A stretch of DNA of 63,239 bases, filler included, from Hyphochytrium catenoides (GCA_900088475.1; 6 parts of 6 records of this genome joined end to end with filler, not necessarily neighbours in it); one strand, 5' to 3'. Counted from the whole stretch's first letter, positions 44,331 through 58,281 are shown. Notes: generated by a model not told the origin, from the sequence alone. A program made the numbers and translations.

Positions 44331-47222
44331 TTTGAGAGTCACCGTTCGTGTGCCCGCTCTAACCAGGCTCAGGCTTACAAGCAACCATCATTGAAGAGGA
44401 AAGTCATTCCTGAAGCCGCGGCTATCTAGCCACAGGAGTCAGAACAGGGTCAGTTGGCGTATCGGGTGGAGCGTTTTTCCGAAACGTTAAAGCTGCAGGC
44501 TTTCTTCCACGAGGTTAGAGTGAAGAACCGTGAAGCTTCATGCAGATCTCCAATACATAGTCCTAAGATAGCTCTTCGTCATTCAGAGTCTTCATCCAGA
44601 CCCATCATAAGAAGCCTGAGAAGCTTCATGCAGATGAGTTCCAGACTTTCGGTTCTCAACCAGAAATCTGCAGATAGTAAAACAGAGATTTTTATCGCCT
44701 AATATTATCTTAGAAATTGCGCTCATCAGAACATTCAAAATAGGACTTTTACCCTTGTAAGTCCCACCCTGGATATAGGACTTGAGAAATCTACTTAAAA
44801 TCTCGACATCCAGGCTTATATCTAGGCTCTTGGAATACAAGTATGTCAAGTCTCAAGACTTGCGGTCTGATAAGTACTTATACAAATTGGCTTTGTCATT
44901 TTACAGTGGAAAGCTAACTAGAGATAGTCGCATTAAGCTTTTTGTGCTGAACGTGGCTAGGGCTAGAATCTTGACAACCCCTTTGGCTGTTTAGAGCTAA
45001 TATTACCCTCAGGTTCATGCGTTTTTATAACCTGCTATTGACGTAAAGCATGACAGCACATCATTGACAAAGCTCACCTGAATGCAACTTATTTGTAATC
45101 CCTCTCTCTGCGTTCTGTATGGCGAATCTTTATCCATCTCTTCCTCTTTCCTTTATTCTTGTTCACTATAGCTCGCTCGTATCTCTTACACGTGGCCTTC
45201 GACTTTTCTTGATATTTCTTCATCATCATCATCATTTACTCTTCTTAGACAGTAAGGCATCGCCCGGTCCGTCTCCTTCGTCCTCCTATCATCATCATGA
45301 CGACAATCATTGCTTTTGAATGTGAATGTTGTCTTCATCATTAAACTTTATAGCAACATCATCCAAGAAGACAGCCCAACCCATCATAATGATGTTAATG
45401 CCTACCAATAATAGCAGGAGGAGGGGGACAAGCAGTAGTAGCAGGAGGAGGACTAGAACAGGAAAGGAATATTCAAGAAGCGACTTCTTTCTTCGTTAAT
45501 AGATGGATTATCTTTTACAAATAATCAATGCCAGCTAGCACTAAGGAGAGAAAGTCTTTCGTCGTCGTCTATCAACAACACGTCCCAATAAATCAAGAAG
45601 CCGCTCTCATAGAAGAAGAAGGAAGGAACAACNNNNNNNNNNNNNNNNNNNNNNNNNNNNNNNNNNNNNNNNNNNNNNNNNNNNNNNNNNNNNNNNNNNN
45701 NNCACGACATACGGTATGGGGGCATTCGCCCTAGTAGTGCTGGCATTCTTCATTAAATTATTCCCCTTTCTCTCCTCGGTGAAGAGGCTGAGCCCACTGT
45801 AGATGATGGTACCGCCTGCTGCCGGCTAGTCTTTAACGCTTGCATCGGTGATGTTAGAGATTCTTGATGATGACAGCAAAGCAACTGCTGTGACTCTACG
45901 GACAAGCTAGTGATACCGTCGACGGGCCTGCAATCGCCTTGCTGCTATGATCAACAAGGATGCACAGACCTAGTACATATAGAAGCACTTTCATCGTAAT
46001 TCTGAGAAAGTGTGAGCCACCGGGTTTACCTAAGTCTTCGCTTCGGCTGGCCAGGCCTCAGCAGCTCCGACAAAGCTTCGCAGCAGAGGAGACCTCTAAG
46101 GCGATTCTAAGGACTCTTCCCTCCGATCGAATTTTATTGACTGATTGGCATTGTTAGCAAGCAGAAGCAACCGATCTTCTCAGGGAGGAGGAGCAGAGAA
46201 CGAAAAAGGGAGAGAAGAAGGGATAGAATAGGAAATGAGTGCAGCCCCCTCCTTCATAGTAAGCCCTACGCTGATAGCCAACCGTTGACCCAGGAGACTC
46301 GGACTACCCATCCTCGTCGGCTAGTTCCTCTAAAAGAAGGCCAGCGCCTTCTCCTATCCACCTCCTGGCCCCAGTGCTAGCTCCGGATCGTCAAAGAAGC
46401 ACGCGACGTGCTGAACGGACTCCTTTATCACGAGATGCTTTAGTCTGTAAACTAATGAAAGAAGAGGACCGGCCAAGTGTGAGCGTATCCACATTACGCA
46501 GGTAATGGAAGGAAAATCTGGCGTTGACAGGCCGCATAGCGGGCCCGATTCTTCTCTCCTCCACATTAGTGTCAACTCATCGCAACTCAAGCAACGATTT
46601 GAAGAAGAAGACGAGAAGGTCAAAACCAAAGACGTGACGTTCTTCTAGATTGAAGAAGTTACTCCTCGGCACCCAACTTGCGTTGATTAGGGAAAGGCAC
46701 TGGATTTCTTCTAGAAGACATGGATGATGGGATACTAGAGACAAAGAAGGACACTTCTCAGGAACGAGAAGGTAAGAAGAGGTGGCGGAGGCTGACAGCA
46801 GCAACGCAGGCAAGCAGGCGACGGCGCTGCATCAAGCGCAAGAAGGATGCTTGCCCTCTCCGAAGGAGGACACGCCATTCTCTCTCTTTCAGTATCTTTC
46901 GTAGTTTTTTGTAACGGACACTCCTCAGAGGTTGTGTGGGGGTAAAGGGGAGGGTCAGATTGTCCAGGGGGAGCTGTGGGGGACTTATTTTGAGGGAGGT
47001 CTGCCAAGCTGAGAGATAGAGAGGAGAGACGAGACAGAGTGAGACAGAGACGATTGACATATTGAGATTTAGGAGGACGAGAGATGAGAGACAGACAGAC
47101 AGACGCAAGATGGAAGACAGAGCGCGCCAGGAAAGAGCTTTGCGCTTCAGTGATTATGTAGGAGAGGACAGCTCTCTGCTTTTTCTCCTTCTCTCTCTCT
47201 CTCTCTCTCTCTCTCGCTCTCG

Positions 47223-47269
<47 letters not shown>

Positions 47270-48008
47270 TTTCTTTCTCTCTCTCCCTCTCTCCCTCTTG
47301 GTAAGTGTGTTACAGCTCATCCATTGCGATTGACAGGCGAGACTTGTCGCTCTTCTCCTTGTTGCGTGCGTGGGAGTCCTCCCTGTTTCTCTTCCTTGCC
47401 AAGAGTCAACCGTCCTGCTTGTCCATCTTCTTTGCTCTCTCCGTCCTGCTCGTCCATCTTCTTTGCTATCTCTCCTTCTCTCTAGTTGCCGCAGACTTCT
47501 GTCCCCCTTCTCTGGCCCTCAGTATTGATGTTCCCTCTTGCCGCTCCCCCAACTCTTCACTCCGTCTGTTGTTCGCTTGCTTCCTATTTCGCTCTCTCTC
47601 TCCCTCTTCTCTCTCTCTCTCTCTCCCTCTCGCGTTCGCTCTCTTGCTCTCTCTCCCGTCGCTCTTTCCCTACCTCTCTCCCGTGGCTCTCTCGCTCTCT
47701 TTTCATGTCATTACCTAGGCATCCCGAACCTATGGCCGAAGAGAAAGAAGGATAAGGTAGTGCAGAGACCGAAAGGCTGTTTCCTTTTCTCTCTTCCATT
47801 ATAATGGTATCTCTTTCTCTAGAGAAGCAGTGTACTTGCTGAGAGAGACAACATCTTCTCTTTCTGTCTCTTCTCTCCTCCTTTCTTCTCTTAGCGTGGG
47901 CTCTTCGTCTCTCATTCAGCGATTCGGTTGTATGTGATGGCCCTTGACAATAGAGGAGGATGTTGGAGAGGACAAGAGGATGAAGATGATGATGGAGACG
48001 AAGATCTG

Positions 48009-48108
48009 NNNNNNNNNNNNNNNNNNNNNNNNNNNNNNNNNNNNNNNNNNNNTTAATTAATTAANNNNNNNNNNNNNNNNNNNNNNNNNNNNNNNNNNNN
48101 NNNNNNNN
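48009..48108. other. Artificial contig-joining spacer
   Basis: N44-TTAATTAATTAA-N44. Confidence 0.97.
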
Positions 48109-48581
48109 AACTTCTGTACCCAAGTGAGATATCTCAGGCGCCTTACCCTGGACCAAATCTCCGGCACTACTTTTATTGACCACTTTTAGAAAGAACTATT
48201 ACTGATTCTATTTGGTAGTAATATAGTCTATAAAAAAAATGTCACAGTAAAATGAATAACAACAAACGGATCTGGTTCTTTCTTCTTGTCCTCCTTCCTG
48301 TTCTCTCCTTCCCCTTCCTGCTCCTTCTTCTGTTAGTTCTACTTCTTATTTGATACCTAGTAATAGCATAAAGACAATTTTCCAGGATAAGAAACAATAA
48401 AAGATGTCCTTCTACAAAAAAAGCAATAGATTCTACAGTTACTGTGAGAACGGAAGTGACTGTTCTGTGCTGAGGTAATAATAGCCCCACTACCAGGGAT
48501 TCTTATACTCTCTTTGACTACTTGACTACTGCCTGCATTATTAGTGTTTTGTCCGCAGCGCTCGAGTCTTCTCTGGTCGAC

Positions 48582-49014
48582 GAGGAATTCTCAAATGTAA
48601 TACTTGTACCGTTTTTGAAAAGTTTTGCTGAACCAAGTACCAATTTACTTTTCAGTACTCGTACTGGTCGGCCTTGATGAATGCAGAGTTTCCTCTTTTA
48701 TAAAAGCATCAGCGCACTAGGAATTGCCCGTTGTACAAACAGACAGAGACTATTCTTGTGCTAGGAAGAGTTTGGGATGGAATATTTTCGAGGCAGTTCC
48801 GGCCAAGTTTGGATATGTCATACATAGCCTCTAGCATTTGCCGGCTATTGTGGAACATCGGCATATCCTCAGGAAAGTCGAAAAGTGCTTTTAGGAAAAC
48901 TTTATGAATTTCCGTTTATACTTGAAAGATTCATTCAATCAGTACTGGAAATAACAATTTGGTACTTGGTCCAGCAAACATTTTCAAAATCGGTATTAGA
49001 TTTGAGAATTCCTC
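48582..49014. mobile_element. Non-autonomous Mutator-like element (MITE), 433 bp
   Basis: Imperfect ~75-bp TIRs starting GAGGAATTCTCAAAT, with shared blocks TTTTGAAAA, TTTGCTG.ACCAAGTACCAA and CAGTACT. Flanked by a perfect 9-bp direct repeat CTGGTCGAC at 48573-48581 and 49015-49023. Confidence 0.85.
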
Positions 49015-52000
49015 CTGGTCGACGATGATCCTCTCTTCCTCCCGTCAATCAGGTCCGAGGAGGAGGAAGCTCCAGAGCAGCGGATCAGGGGTGCTGCTCG
49101 CTGGCGCTCCGTCCCTGGCGACAGCATATTTATTATAGAGGCAGAAAAATGGGTCAGTAGTTCTATAGGTGATCTACTGCACAAGCGACGCAACTACTTA
49201 ACGCTACCTGTACACGGCCAGGCCACGACGCACCACAGATGGCGAGGGTGACAGAAGTCGAGAGTCTGCGAGGTTGTGTGTACGGTAGCAGTGACTTCGT
49301 GAACGCAGCCACCATTCTTATTCTGGGAAGTACTACCATTATTATGAGTGCGTTGTGATCTGATGGTGTGCGCTACACGGCAGGACAGACATGCGTAGAA
49401 CTAGTTCTATGTGTCGGCAGCAGGCCCACTCTCAGTGGCCGAGGTCAGCTGATGGCTTTTCTCGACTGTGCGTCTCCATGATCGACGTTTATCCTAGGGC
49501 TGTATGTTCCGCTAAGCGTCCTCAACGGTCGAGCCAACACAGAGGAACGAGGATAAGAGTCTCAATCTATCTTATCCCCTGTCATACCTTTCTCCTATGT
49601 GTATAAGAATTCCGGTAGTTCGTTCATGTTCCTGTCGACTGGCCCCACAAGAGTACAGCCACTTGTACACTGTTTATGCAACATCGATCCTTTCTGCTCT
49701 CCCCAGCCGCGGCGGGAAGTAGGTTCCTCCGTCTCGTAGTACAGTAGAGGATAGAACTTCGTTCTCTCCTGGTGGTGAAGGATTGACTGTATAAAGAGTG
49801 CGATAGCTACCGCTTCCTTTGTGTATATACGCTCCAGATAAACGCCTGTCTCAGTAACGTTGCCTTCCAGAAGCCACAGGGGGCTGCTGCATCACCTTCC
49901 CTGCTCGTGATGACCTTAATTGTGAATGTGGGAAGTGCCACAAGGCCGAAGCGTCGTCAACCCATCAGTTTTGCTACATTTTATTTCCCCTCTGCCAACG
50001 CCAATGTCCCGTTATAAGAGCCAACGATGTGGCGCCTCGATGACGAGCATCTTCTTCTATGTTCCGATCTGGTGGTGATGAGGCGCTGTTCGCTGGCTTC
50101 TTCTTCAATGATGTCCAAGAGGCAAGGGTTTCATTCCTTCCGGTTCTTGGAAGTTCTATTGTTTCTCCACAACTACTACGTGCCCTTGCTCTCCGAAATT
50201 CTTCTGAGTTGCCTTGCATTTGCTTATAAAGTGCACCAGACGAGCGTGAGGCTGACGAGGCAGGAAGCCAGACTTTTTTTCCATAAAAGGAGGAGAAGCA
50301 GGATCTTCCTAAGGTGCTTGCTGAAGTGGCCGGCTCCTTTAGACGGTAGTTAGTAGGTGACTCTCCTTCCTTCTTTTATTAGCCGATGATAGCTCTACGA
50401 AGTAGCCCCTATCGAGCAACAGCTTTGAACTTGTGCTTTCAAATGAAGAACAAAGCGTGCTGCTGCTTCCAAAGTTTTGGAGCCCCTTCCTGGAGATGGT
50501 GCTTGCTGATGAGGTATGGCCGGCGGTGAAGCATTATAAATAAGTCCCCTACCTGCTGTTGTTTGGAGTGAAGTCAAAGGCATCGCATCTTCTCCTGTCG
50601 CCGTTGAAGTGGATGAAGAGGAGCAAGTAGATCTAGTAGCAGGTCCTTATGTCATCAGGTCTTAAGAAAGTGAGCTTCTTGTGGGTCTCTGTTGCCAGTT
50701 GGTACACGTCAGCAGCTTTTTAGAAAGAGAACGTCCGTGGTATAACTTTCAGCGCTTTTTACATGGTCTTTCCTTCATCTTCTTTTATAACCGTAGAGTA
50801 GAGCGACCAGTAGCCCAGGTTATGGCGACTAGACGGCTTGATCATGAAGAGACAGCTCCACAGCTCTGCTCCCAGTGGTGACTTCCACGAACAGGGTTTT
50901 AGTTTCTGTCTTTCATCCCGGACATTTCGTGCCTGCCTCTTGCGGACCCTTCTTCTTTGGATGACGTTTGGACATCATCATCCCTCAATCAGTGCTTCCG
51001 GTTGTTCTCCTGTGCAGACCGAGAGAGACGGCTGTCGTAGCCTCACCGCCGTAACGGCATCATCAATCATCATACTTCCGCAGCATGCTCTTATCGTGGT
51101 TGTTCGAAAGGGGTTCGTCTCTGTCTAGAGAGAGAGACTCTCCATTACTTTCTAGGTCACTTCCAGATACATCTTTATCTCTTTAATGGATACACTGCGT
51201 TCGGACGACTAACCTTCAAGTTCGCTTTGTAACGACAGAAGGTCGTCAAGGTCAATCATCATGACTTTGTAAGCTCGCTGTCGGATATTTCGCTTAGACT
51301 TTGTTACTCTGTCTTGGGGACTGGAGGACGCTAACCATAGTGGCTTCGTTCACATCGTTGGTAGGTCGCTTGTGCAACTCATTGAATCCTTTTCCACATG
51401 CCCATTGCCGGTGGTGAGGCTTTACTTTGAGGTGATGAGCCATTCATGGCGTTAGAGTCTCTTGTTGCCTCACTATCACGGTGGCAATTTATGAGCAGCA
51501 GAACGTCCGTCAGATCTTCAAGGCGCCTATCTCATCCAGACGAACTATCTTTGTCGCTTCTTCTGCTTACAGTTAAGGGCTTCGTTCCTCTTTGTATTGT
51601 ATCAGATGTGAATCTTCCTTCGTCCTACTACCTGATGGTCAAGTGGAGAGTCACTGCTTTTAACTCTTTGCTGGTTCCTCGTTTCCTTCTTCTTTTCTTG
51701 CCGCTTCCTGTTCTTCTCTTTGCCTCTCTTCCAGCTTGTCCTTCTGTAGTACTGTAAGCTATCTCTGCTACGGCAATCATGGATAAATATACTTTCTGAT
51801 GACCAGAAAGAGTCAAAGACCTTGCTCATGCTGTTATTCTTTCTCTTCTTTCTCATCGGTTCTCTCTTCTCCGATTCTCTTTCACTTCTTTTCTTACTCT
51901 CTTCCCCTTCGATCAGACATACAGGTAGCAATCGTCGGTCTTGCACCATCATTAGATTCTCTCCGATCTAGTTCTCCTGACAGCCTATCCTCGACTCTCT

Positions 52001-52539
52001 TCGTCGTCATCATTCTCTTTCCTGTCCTCTTCCACTTTGTATCACGTCTTTCTAAAGCTTGCCTTTCTATGCTAGAGTTCTTTCTTTTGCCTTCTTTCCT
52101 CTTCTTTTCTGCATCGGCCCTTGTTGCTGCTGCTGCCTCCTTTCCTGCGCCTGTGGCAAATCTTTGAACAAAGGCTCATCATTGTCATTGGTCCTCACTT
52201 TACACCGCAGACAAACAAGCTCTACTCTATCCTTTTTTTCTGTTCGAAGCAGCCATCGTCACCACCTGTGGGATATGTCATGCTATCAACGCCATGGCTC
52301 TCTCATTCTCTGCTACCGTCCTTGCTCCTCCCTATCACTCATCTCTTCCTTCCGTAGCGAGCAATCTACCAACCAAGTGTGACAGTCATTGTAAGGAGGA
52401 GATGGATGAAGGACGGAGAACGAGCAACGTCTAGCACCGTCAGCCGCCCTTCTGCGCCTCAAAAGAAGGACAAACGATGAGCGTACATCATGGACTTCTT
52501 CTTCTTCTTGGTGGTTTTTTATACTTGAAGGAGGTAACT

Positions 52540-54664
52540 CTAGTTTCTCCTATTGTTGCCTGGACCATCGTAAGAATAAAATGAGGATCCACCGCTAGGA
52601 GGATTACCTCTTATTGATGGCCCGTCACCATTAGATGTCCTAGCCAATCTTGGTGGAACTATTGAGCTGCTACCTCTAGCTGCCGCCGGTTGCAGGCGCT
52701 CTAACTCTGCTATGTTAGTCCCACTACTGCTCTGCGTCAGCCTAGGAGCAACTCCAGCAGGTCCTCCTGCTCGATACGTGGACGCTGAGCGCATAGCTTC
52801 GTGCACTGCAACATTATCGGGGCTATCCCTCGCAGCTGATAAGGTTGGCAAGTGAGTAGATGGTGGAGGATAGCTCTGCGAAGGGTAAAAGTATGTTCCA
52901 GAAGGGTAACTCTTGGCTGCTTGGCGAGGAGGAGTTTCTCTTGCAGTGAACGACGTCTCTCCCACNNNNNNNNNNNNNNNNNNNNNAGTCATCTAGATGT
53001 CGTGCCCTCTTCCTTGACATGGACGGTACCTCTGCGTCTACCACGGCCACATTAGTCCGCTCAGAGGATTGCTCTGCAACTGTTGCATGGTTGCGAAAGG
53101 GTGCAGAGGTTGGTGGCGATGATGCTGTGACAGGGGAATAATAGCTTGATCTTCGTGCTGGAGAAACCTCCACGTATCGCCTTTCTGATGGGTCAAGGAG
53201 CCTTTGATACATATCTGTCCGGTACCGTTCATGACCAACTGGAAGGACAGGAAGCTCCTTATCCGCGCTAACAGGAGGTAAGTCTGATCGATAGCTTCGT
53301 CCCACGTCTCTCGGAGGTTCACTGCTTGCCCTCATAGCTCTGGGAACTGCCAACAAACCAACAAGGTCACAATAAGTGCGCTGATAACTAAAAGGATTGT
53401 ATGTAGGCGATGCGCTTCGCACCGTTATCATAAGCCACAGATGGGCCAGTGGTAGGACCATACGCCATATCAGCCTCCAGCAAGGGCCGTACACCTTTTA
53501 AGGTCATCATAGCTTGCTCGTACAAGCCACTAAGAGTCCGCTTCTCTGCCGGAGTAAACCTCCCAATAGATTCATAAAGGAAGCTGCAGACATAGTCCAG
53601 TTGCGACGAGGTGGCACTAAGATACTTCTGCATATGGCGACACCTGGACATCGGAGCGGGAGGGAGATCAGCCGCCGAAGGCAGGTGTAAGGACAGTATG
53701 GCTCACCTATCTTCGAGAATGTGCATTCTCTTCTCCATATCGTACATAGTGGCATAGTGATGAGTGGCGCTCTCCCCAGTACCGCCGGAAAGGCTCACTG
53801 CGATGTTCGCTTGAGCCTGCGCCCTCATATTGGTCTTACGGAGAATGGTCTTCATGAGCTCCTTATTATGACGGACAAAGCGCTCGTGTCGAAACTCCCA
53901 GCGACCGCGGATGTCTCGATCTTCACTGGCCTCTTTATCCTCACTGCCTCCTGATGGTGCACCTCCAAGTCCGCCTGTCACTAGCTTCTTGATAGCAGCC
54001 TGTCTGACCTTATGGAAGCCGTAGAAGTTCAACTGACGAACAAAGGATGTGAATCTGCTGTGCCGAAAAAAGCGTGGGATCACCTCCTGAATGAAAGCGA
54101 GAGCAGCGGGCCTAGGTTAAGCCTCACGGATGGAAGCACTAGGCAGTATGCAGCCTAACTTACCGCGGAGAATCTCTGCGGATCATGTACGACGAAAGAC
54201 TTCCCATCCGCGCTCCACTCTGCGACATCCGCAGGTGAAGACTCTATCATCTCCCAGGTCTTTTCAAGAAATGAGAGCTTTCCTCCGGCATGATTGGAGC
54301 CCTCCTCCTGAACCTCAAACCGCCTGTTGTCTGGCTCTGAAGACTCCTCTTTCCTCTCTGCAGCCATTGTTGAGCTGCCCTCCATTGCAAGAGCACGTCC
54401 CTAAGGGTCCCATTGTTATTTACCCTGCATCATAACCTTGCTCCGTAGATTCTTATGGATTGCAGTCAGGCCGCTTACCTTGCCGTCAGGGTACGGAGCG
54501 TCCTTTACCGTTGTCTTGCCGTCTGCAAGGCGTGTCCTCTTAGGGGAGCACTCGTCGATTGAGGCTCTGTTCGTATCAGAGCTAAGCTCATCACTTTCGC
54601 CCCTCATATCGTTGACCGTGGGCCTGTGTGAAGCCTCAACATCTGCCGAAGGCGAAGGCAGCAA
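52540..54664 (-). CDS. Heat-shock-factor-type transcription factor, multi-exon; start uncertain; small N gap at 52966-52986
   Basis: HSF DNA-binding domain SFLEKTWEMIESSPADVAEWSADGKSFVVHDPQRFSA|EVIPRFFRHSRFTSFVRQLNFYGFHKV...WEFRHERFVRHNKELMKTILRK, followed by a helical segment and a disordered tail. Confidence 0.9.
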
Positions 54665-56869
54665 GATCGAGCTCTCTTCGCTTACTTACCGTTAGGGAGC
54701 CCCACGGTAAGCTCTGACCTCACGCCTAAGGTTCAAAGCAGTTGTATCCAGATGAGCCACAAAAAGAGATCACGACTACGGCCAGCTTGAAGGGGAAAAA
54801 AAGCTTGTTCTGTCGTAGGATCGTTCAAAAAGAACCAAGCTCTATGCTGCGAAGCCAACAAGTGGCGGTGAAGAAGAAAGACAGGATAACAATGTTTGAG
54901 CACCACGTCTGTAGGTGAGCTCAAGGACGACTATGGCGAAAGAGACGCAAGAGACACAGGCAAAAGAGTAAATAAGAGTTGGCACGCTAGCTAGGGAGCG
55001 CGTGGATGAAAGAAGAGCGCTAGACGTGAGGCAAAAAGGCTGCAGTCGCAAGAGAAGGGAAGCCAAAGAGACCGAGAGGATCTGACAGTAGAGCCAACCG
55101 TTGACGTCTGAAGCAGTTAAGACAGAGGGATAAGCACTCACTGAGGCAAAAGCTTTAGAGAGATAAAGGAGAATCGTCAATAGAATGGAAAGATGAAGAA
55201 GAACAGCGGTAGGCACCTTACCAGGTCGTTGAGGCTCTGTTATTATCATGCAAAAGACTCCATCAGAGAGCGGGAAAGATAGGGAAAGAAAGCACGCAAT
55301 GAGCCGTTAGGACGAGGCCGAAGCCGAGAGGAAAATGAAGGTGCCTGTCGTCCACAAAGCTCGACGTCAAAAAGAGAGAGAGGATGGGCGCGAGTCGACA
55401 GAGGACGAAGACCAAAAGAGCAAGGCCAATTGCTTTTGGTGACAGACTAGTTATCCGATGATGACATCCAAGAGCATTGAGAGCGTTCAACGAGAGAGAG
55501 AGTGTGTGTGAGAGTAAGAGAGAGAGAGTAAAAGAGAGAGAGAGAGGAGAAAGGAATAATGGAAGAGAGAGAGGAAGGAATAGGGAGATCCCTCAGGGAC
55601 AGCCCGGGTTGCACGATGGAGCTCAACGTAGTGGTGAACGTGGTGGACTGATAGCAGACCACAAGGAGAGAGGGGGGAAATTGTTGATCTGAGCGAACAA
55701 GATTGAGATCGAACGAACAGCGCTAGCAGAGGAGAAGAGAGGGAGGCCAAGATTGGTCGACTTGACAGCCGTTGCCTCTTTGTCCCCAGCCCTGGACGTT
55801 TGGTGGTAGACCTCGGGTTGCTGACGAGAGAGAGAGAGAGAGAGAAGGAAATAGAGAGAGAGAGAGAGAGACAAAAGTAGAAGCGAATGATCAGAAACAG
55901 AGCGGAGAAGAAGGTGGGGAAGCAATGGGGCGCGGCCCCATTTTTCTTGTTCCTGCTCGCTTTTTTTCTTTGTCTCTCTCCTCCTAATTCCCTTGCTTGG
56001 GCCACCAGGAGAGGACTCGTCCTTCTTCAGCGTTGATCAAGGAGAGAGAAGACAGCAGACAGAGAAAATGAGAGACAGAGAGAGAGAGGCCCTCACCGAT
56101 TGTCCAGCAGGCCTATTCGTGGCTGCTGAAGCTCTGACAGACGATTGATGAGGAAGACGAAGAAGAGATAAAGAAGAGACAAAGAGGAGCCGCTGGTGGC
56201 TGCTGTGACAGAAGTGCGGCCAGTAAAGCGGGTTCTGCGACTTGGCAGGGTTTTAAGTTTCCTCTTCTCCTGAGCAAGAGGAAGACTACTTTCCGTCTTC
56301 CTGGTTATCCTTCCTCCCCGCACGATCGGCAGAAGAGCGACCCAGACAACGAAGAAAAGAGAAAGAGAAAGAGAAGAGAGAAAGAGAGAGAGAGAGAGAG
56401 ACAGAGAGAGAAAGAGAAGAGAGAAAGAGAGAGGGAGAGANNNNNNNNNNNNNNNNNNNNNNNNNNNNNNNNNNNNNNNNNNNNNNNNNNNNNNNNNNNN
56501 GAGAGAGGATCCCAAGACCAGCCACAAGTTCTTCCTCACAACCAGCTCAACCTAGTAGTACACTTATGCGTTGTGCCTCCAAGGGCGAGAGAGAGAGGAA
56601 AGAGAATCTTGGCTGACCTTCTCCTAGTCCCTCGTCTCTCACCTGTTTCCTATCCTCAAGAAAGAGTGCTCTGAGAATGGAAAGGAGACAAAGAAGAGGG
56701 AGGGGGGGAAAGAGAGAGAAGAGAAAAGAAACCATAAACATCTCTCTCTCTTTCTCTTCCCTTTTCTCTTCCCTTTTACCCCTTTCCATCCGGCATTTCG
56801 TCGGTCCAACGCTGCACTTCCTCTCACTTCCTAAACTGCCCCGACTTGAGCCGTCTCACCCCACAATGG

Positions 56870-56910
<41 letters not shown>

Positions 56911-57643
56911 CATGACTAACAGGATAATGCTACGGAAAACATAAATGTGACTATAAAGTTTCTCTCCTTCTCTCTCTCTTTCTCGCACTCTCTTTCTTCT
57001 TTTAGGGATAATAAATGTTAGTATCACGCCTCCTTCATTTCCTCTCACTCTGTCTTTGTCAAGGAAGTTTTCTTTTTTTTCTTTCTAATGAGAATCTATT
57101 CTGTTTAGGTTAGGCCAATCGAGGCGTCATATAACTCCATACACAATACAGTGGGAGAGACAGGGAATAAATAACCTTGGATAACGCGGTGTTTCTCTAT
57201 AAAAGTCAACCGCCTATCAGGCCATGCTAGAACTACCACTGTAGTAAGGGGTTCGGTTCGTCCTGTAGGAGAAGAACGCCATTCTTTCATCACCTGAACC
57301 TCTTCCTCATTGACGAAGTGGCAAAGTGCCTTCAGCATAATAAACAAAGTTGGAGGAAATGCAAGGAATACATAAATTTGTTCTAATTGTAGGGAACATT
57401 TATCCTCATTATTGTTCACAGGAAACTGAATGAAATGGCTTGCTTTTGTCTATTTCAAAACCAGTTCTGAAAAAATAATCGGTTTGTGATATAATTCCCT
57501 GTCAAGAACAGGCAATCAGTCTGAAAAAAATAGACAAGAGAAGGTTGGAAATCGGTACCAAATAATTCCTAGTGGATCTGCAATTCACTAATAAAGAGAA
57601 GGTCCAAAGGCAAAAAACAAAGTCGATAATAAGGCGCAGGACG

Positions 57644-57743
57644 NNNNNNNNNNNNNNNNNNNNNNNNNNNNNNNNNNNNNNNNNNNNTTAATTAATTAAN
57701 NNNNNNNNNNNNNNNNNNNNNNNNNNNNNNNNNNNNNNNNNNN
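57644..57743. other. Artificial contig-joining spacer
   Basis: N44-TTAATTAATTAA-N44. Confidence 0.97.
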
Positions 57744-57744
57744 C

Positions 57745-58281
57745 ATTGGTAGTGTGAGGAGGATGAAGTATGGCGTCGTGGGAAACACCGTCAACCTCAC
57801 TGGAAGGATCGAATCTTCAACCACGGGCAACCAGATTCTCATCTCCGAGGCCTGTCTGCTTGAGGCAGGAGGGCCCGACATGGTCCTCACTCGCGGTTGC
57901 TTCTCAATAGAGCCCAAGGGAGGTAAGGGAACGATGGTTATCATGGATGTGAAAGGCGTGGCTACCGGAACGGACGAGCTCCTGTTGGCAGGTGCCCAGG
58001 ACGATGAAGAACTATCCGACCCCATTCGGATAACTTTTTCAGTGGTGTTACTTGGGAGAGAGCAGTCCTATGAAGGGGAGATCCGTAAGGTCTCGAACCG
58101 AGGGGCTGTGCTCTATTCTGAGCAGTATGTGGCGCCCATGAGCCACGTTCGTGTGCATGACTTCAAGCACAGTGGAAAGGAAGAAGTGCACGGGAAGGTC
58201 ATTCAACACACAGATGCTGTGGAGAAGGGACTATTCTATCTGCGCTTTGACACGTTGGTAGACAAAGCCCAGTTTTTATAG
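57745..58281 (+). CDS. C-terminal part of a class III adenylate/guanylate cyclase with a PilZ-like beta-barrel tail (5'-truncated)
   Basis: IGSVRRMKYGVVGNTVNLTGRIES..QILISE, with the catalytic N-x3-R intact, then IEPKG. The tail reads YEGEIRKVSNRGA...VHGKVI...LRFDT. Confidence 0.85.
   Translation: MGSVRRMKYGVVGNTVNLTGRIESSTTGNQILISEACLLEAGGPDMVLTRGCFSIEPKGGKGTMVIMDVKGVATGTDELLLAGAQDDEELSDPIRITFSVVLLGREQSYEGEIRKVSNRGAVLYSEQYVAPMSHVRVHDFKHSGKEEVHGKVIQHTDAVEKGLFYLRFDTLVDKAQFL

Noticed and set aside
49030-52400. Gene-poor stretch possibly holding a decayed transposon or viral insert
   Set aside because: No transposase, reverse transcriptase, integrase or capsid motif found in the frames I read.
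57085-57643. AT-rich segment resembling another MITE
   Set aside because: No convincing TIR pair or TSD, and it is truncated by the contig end.
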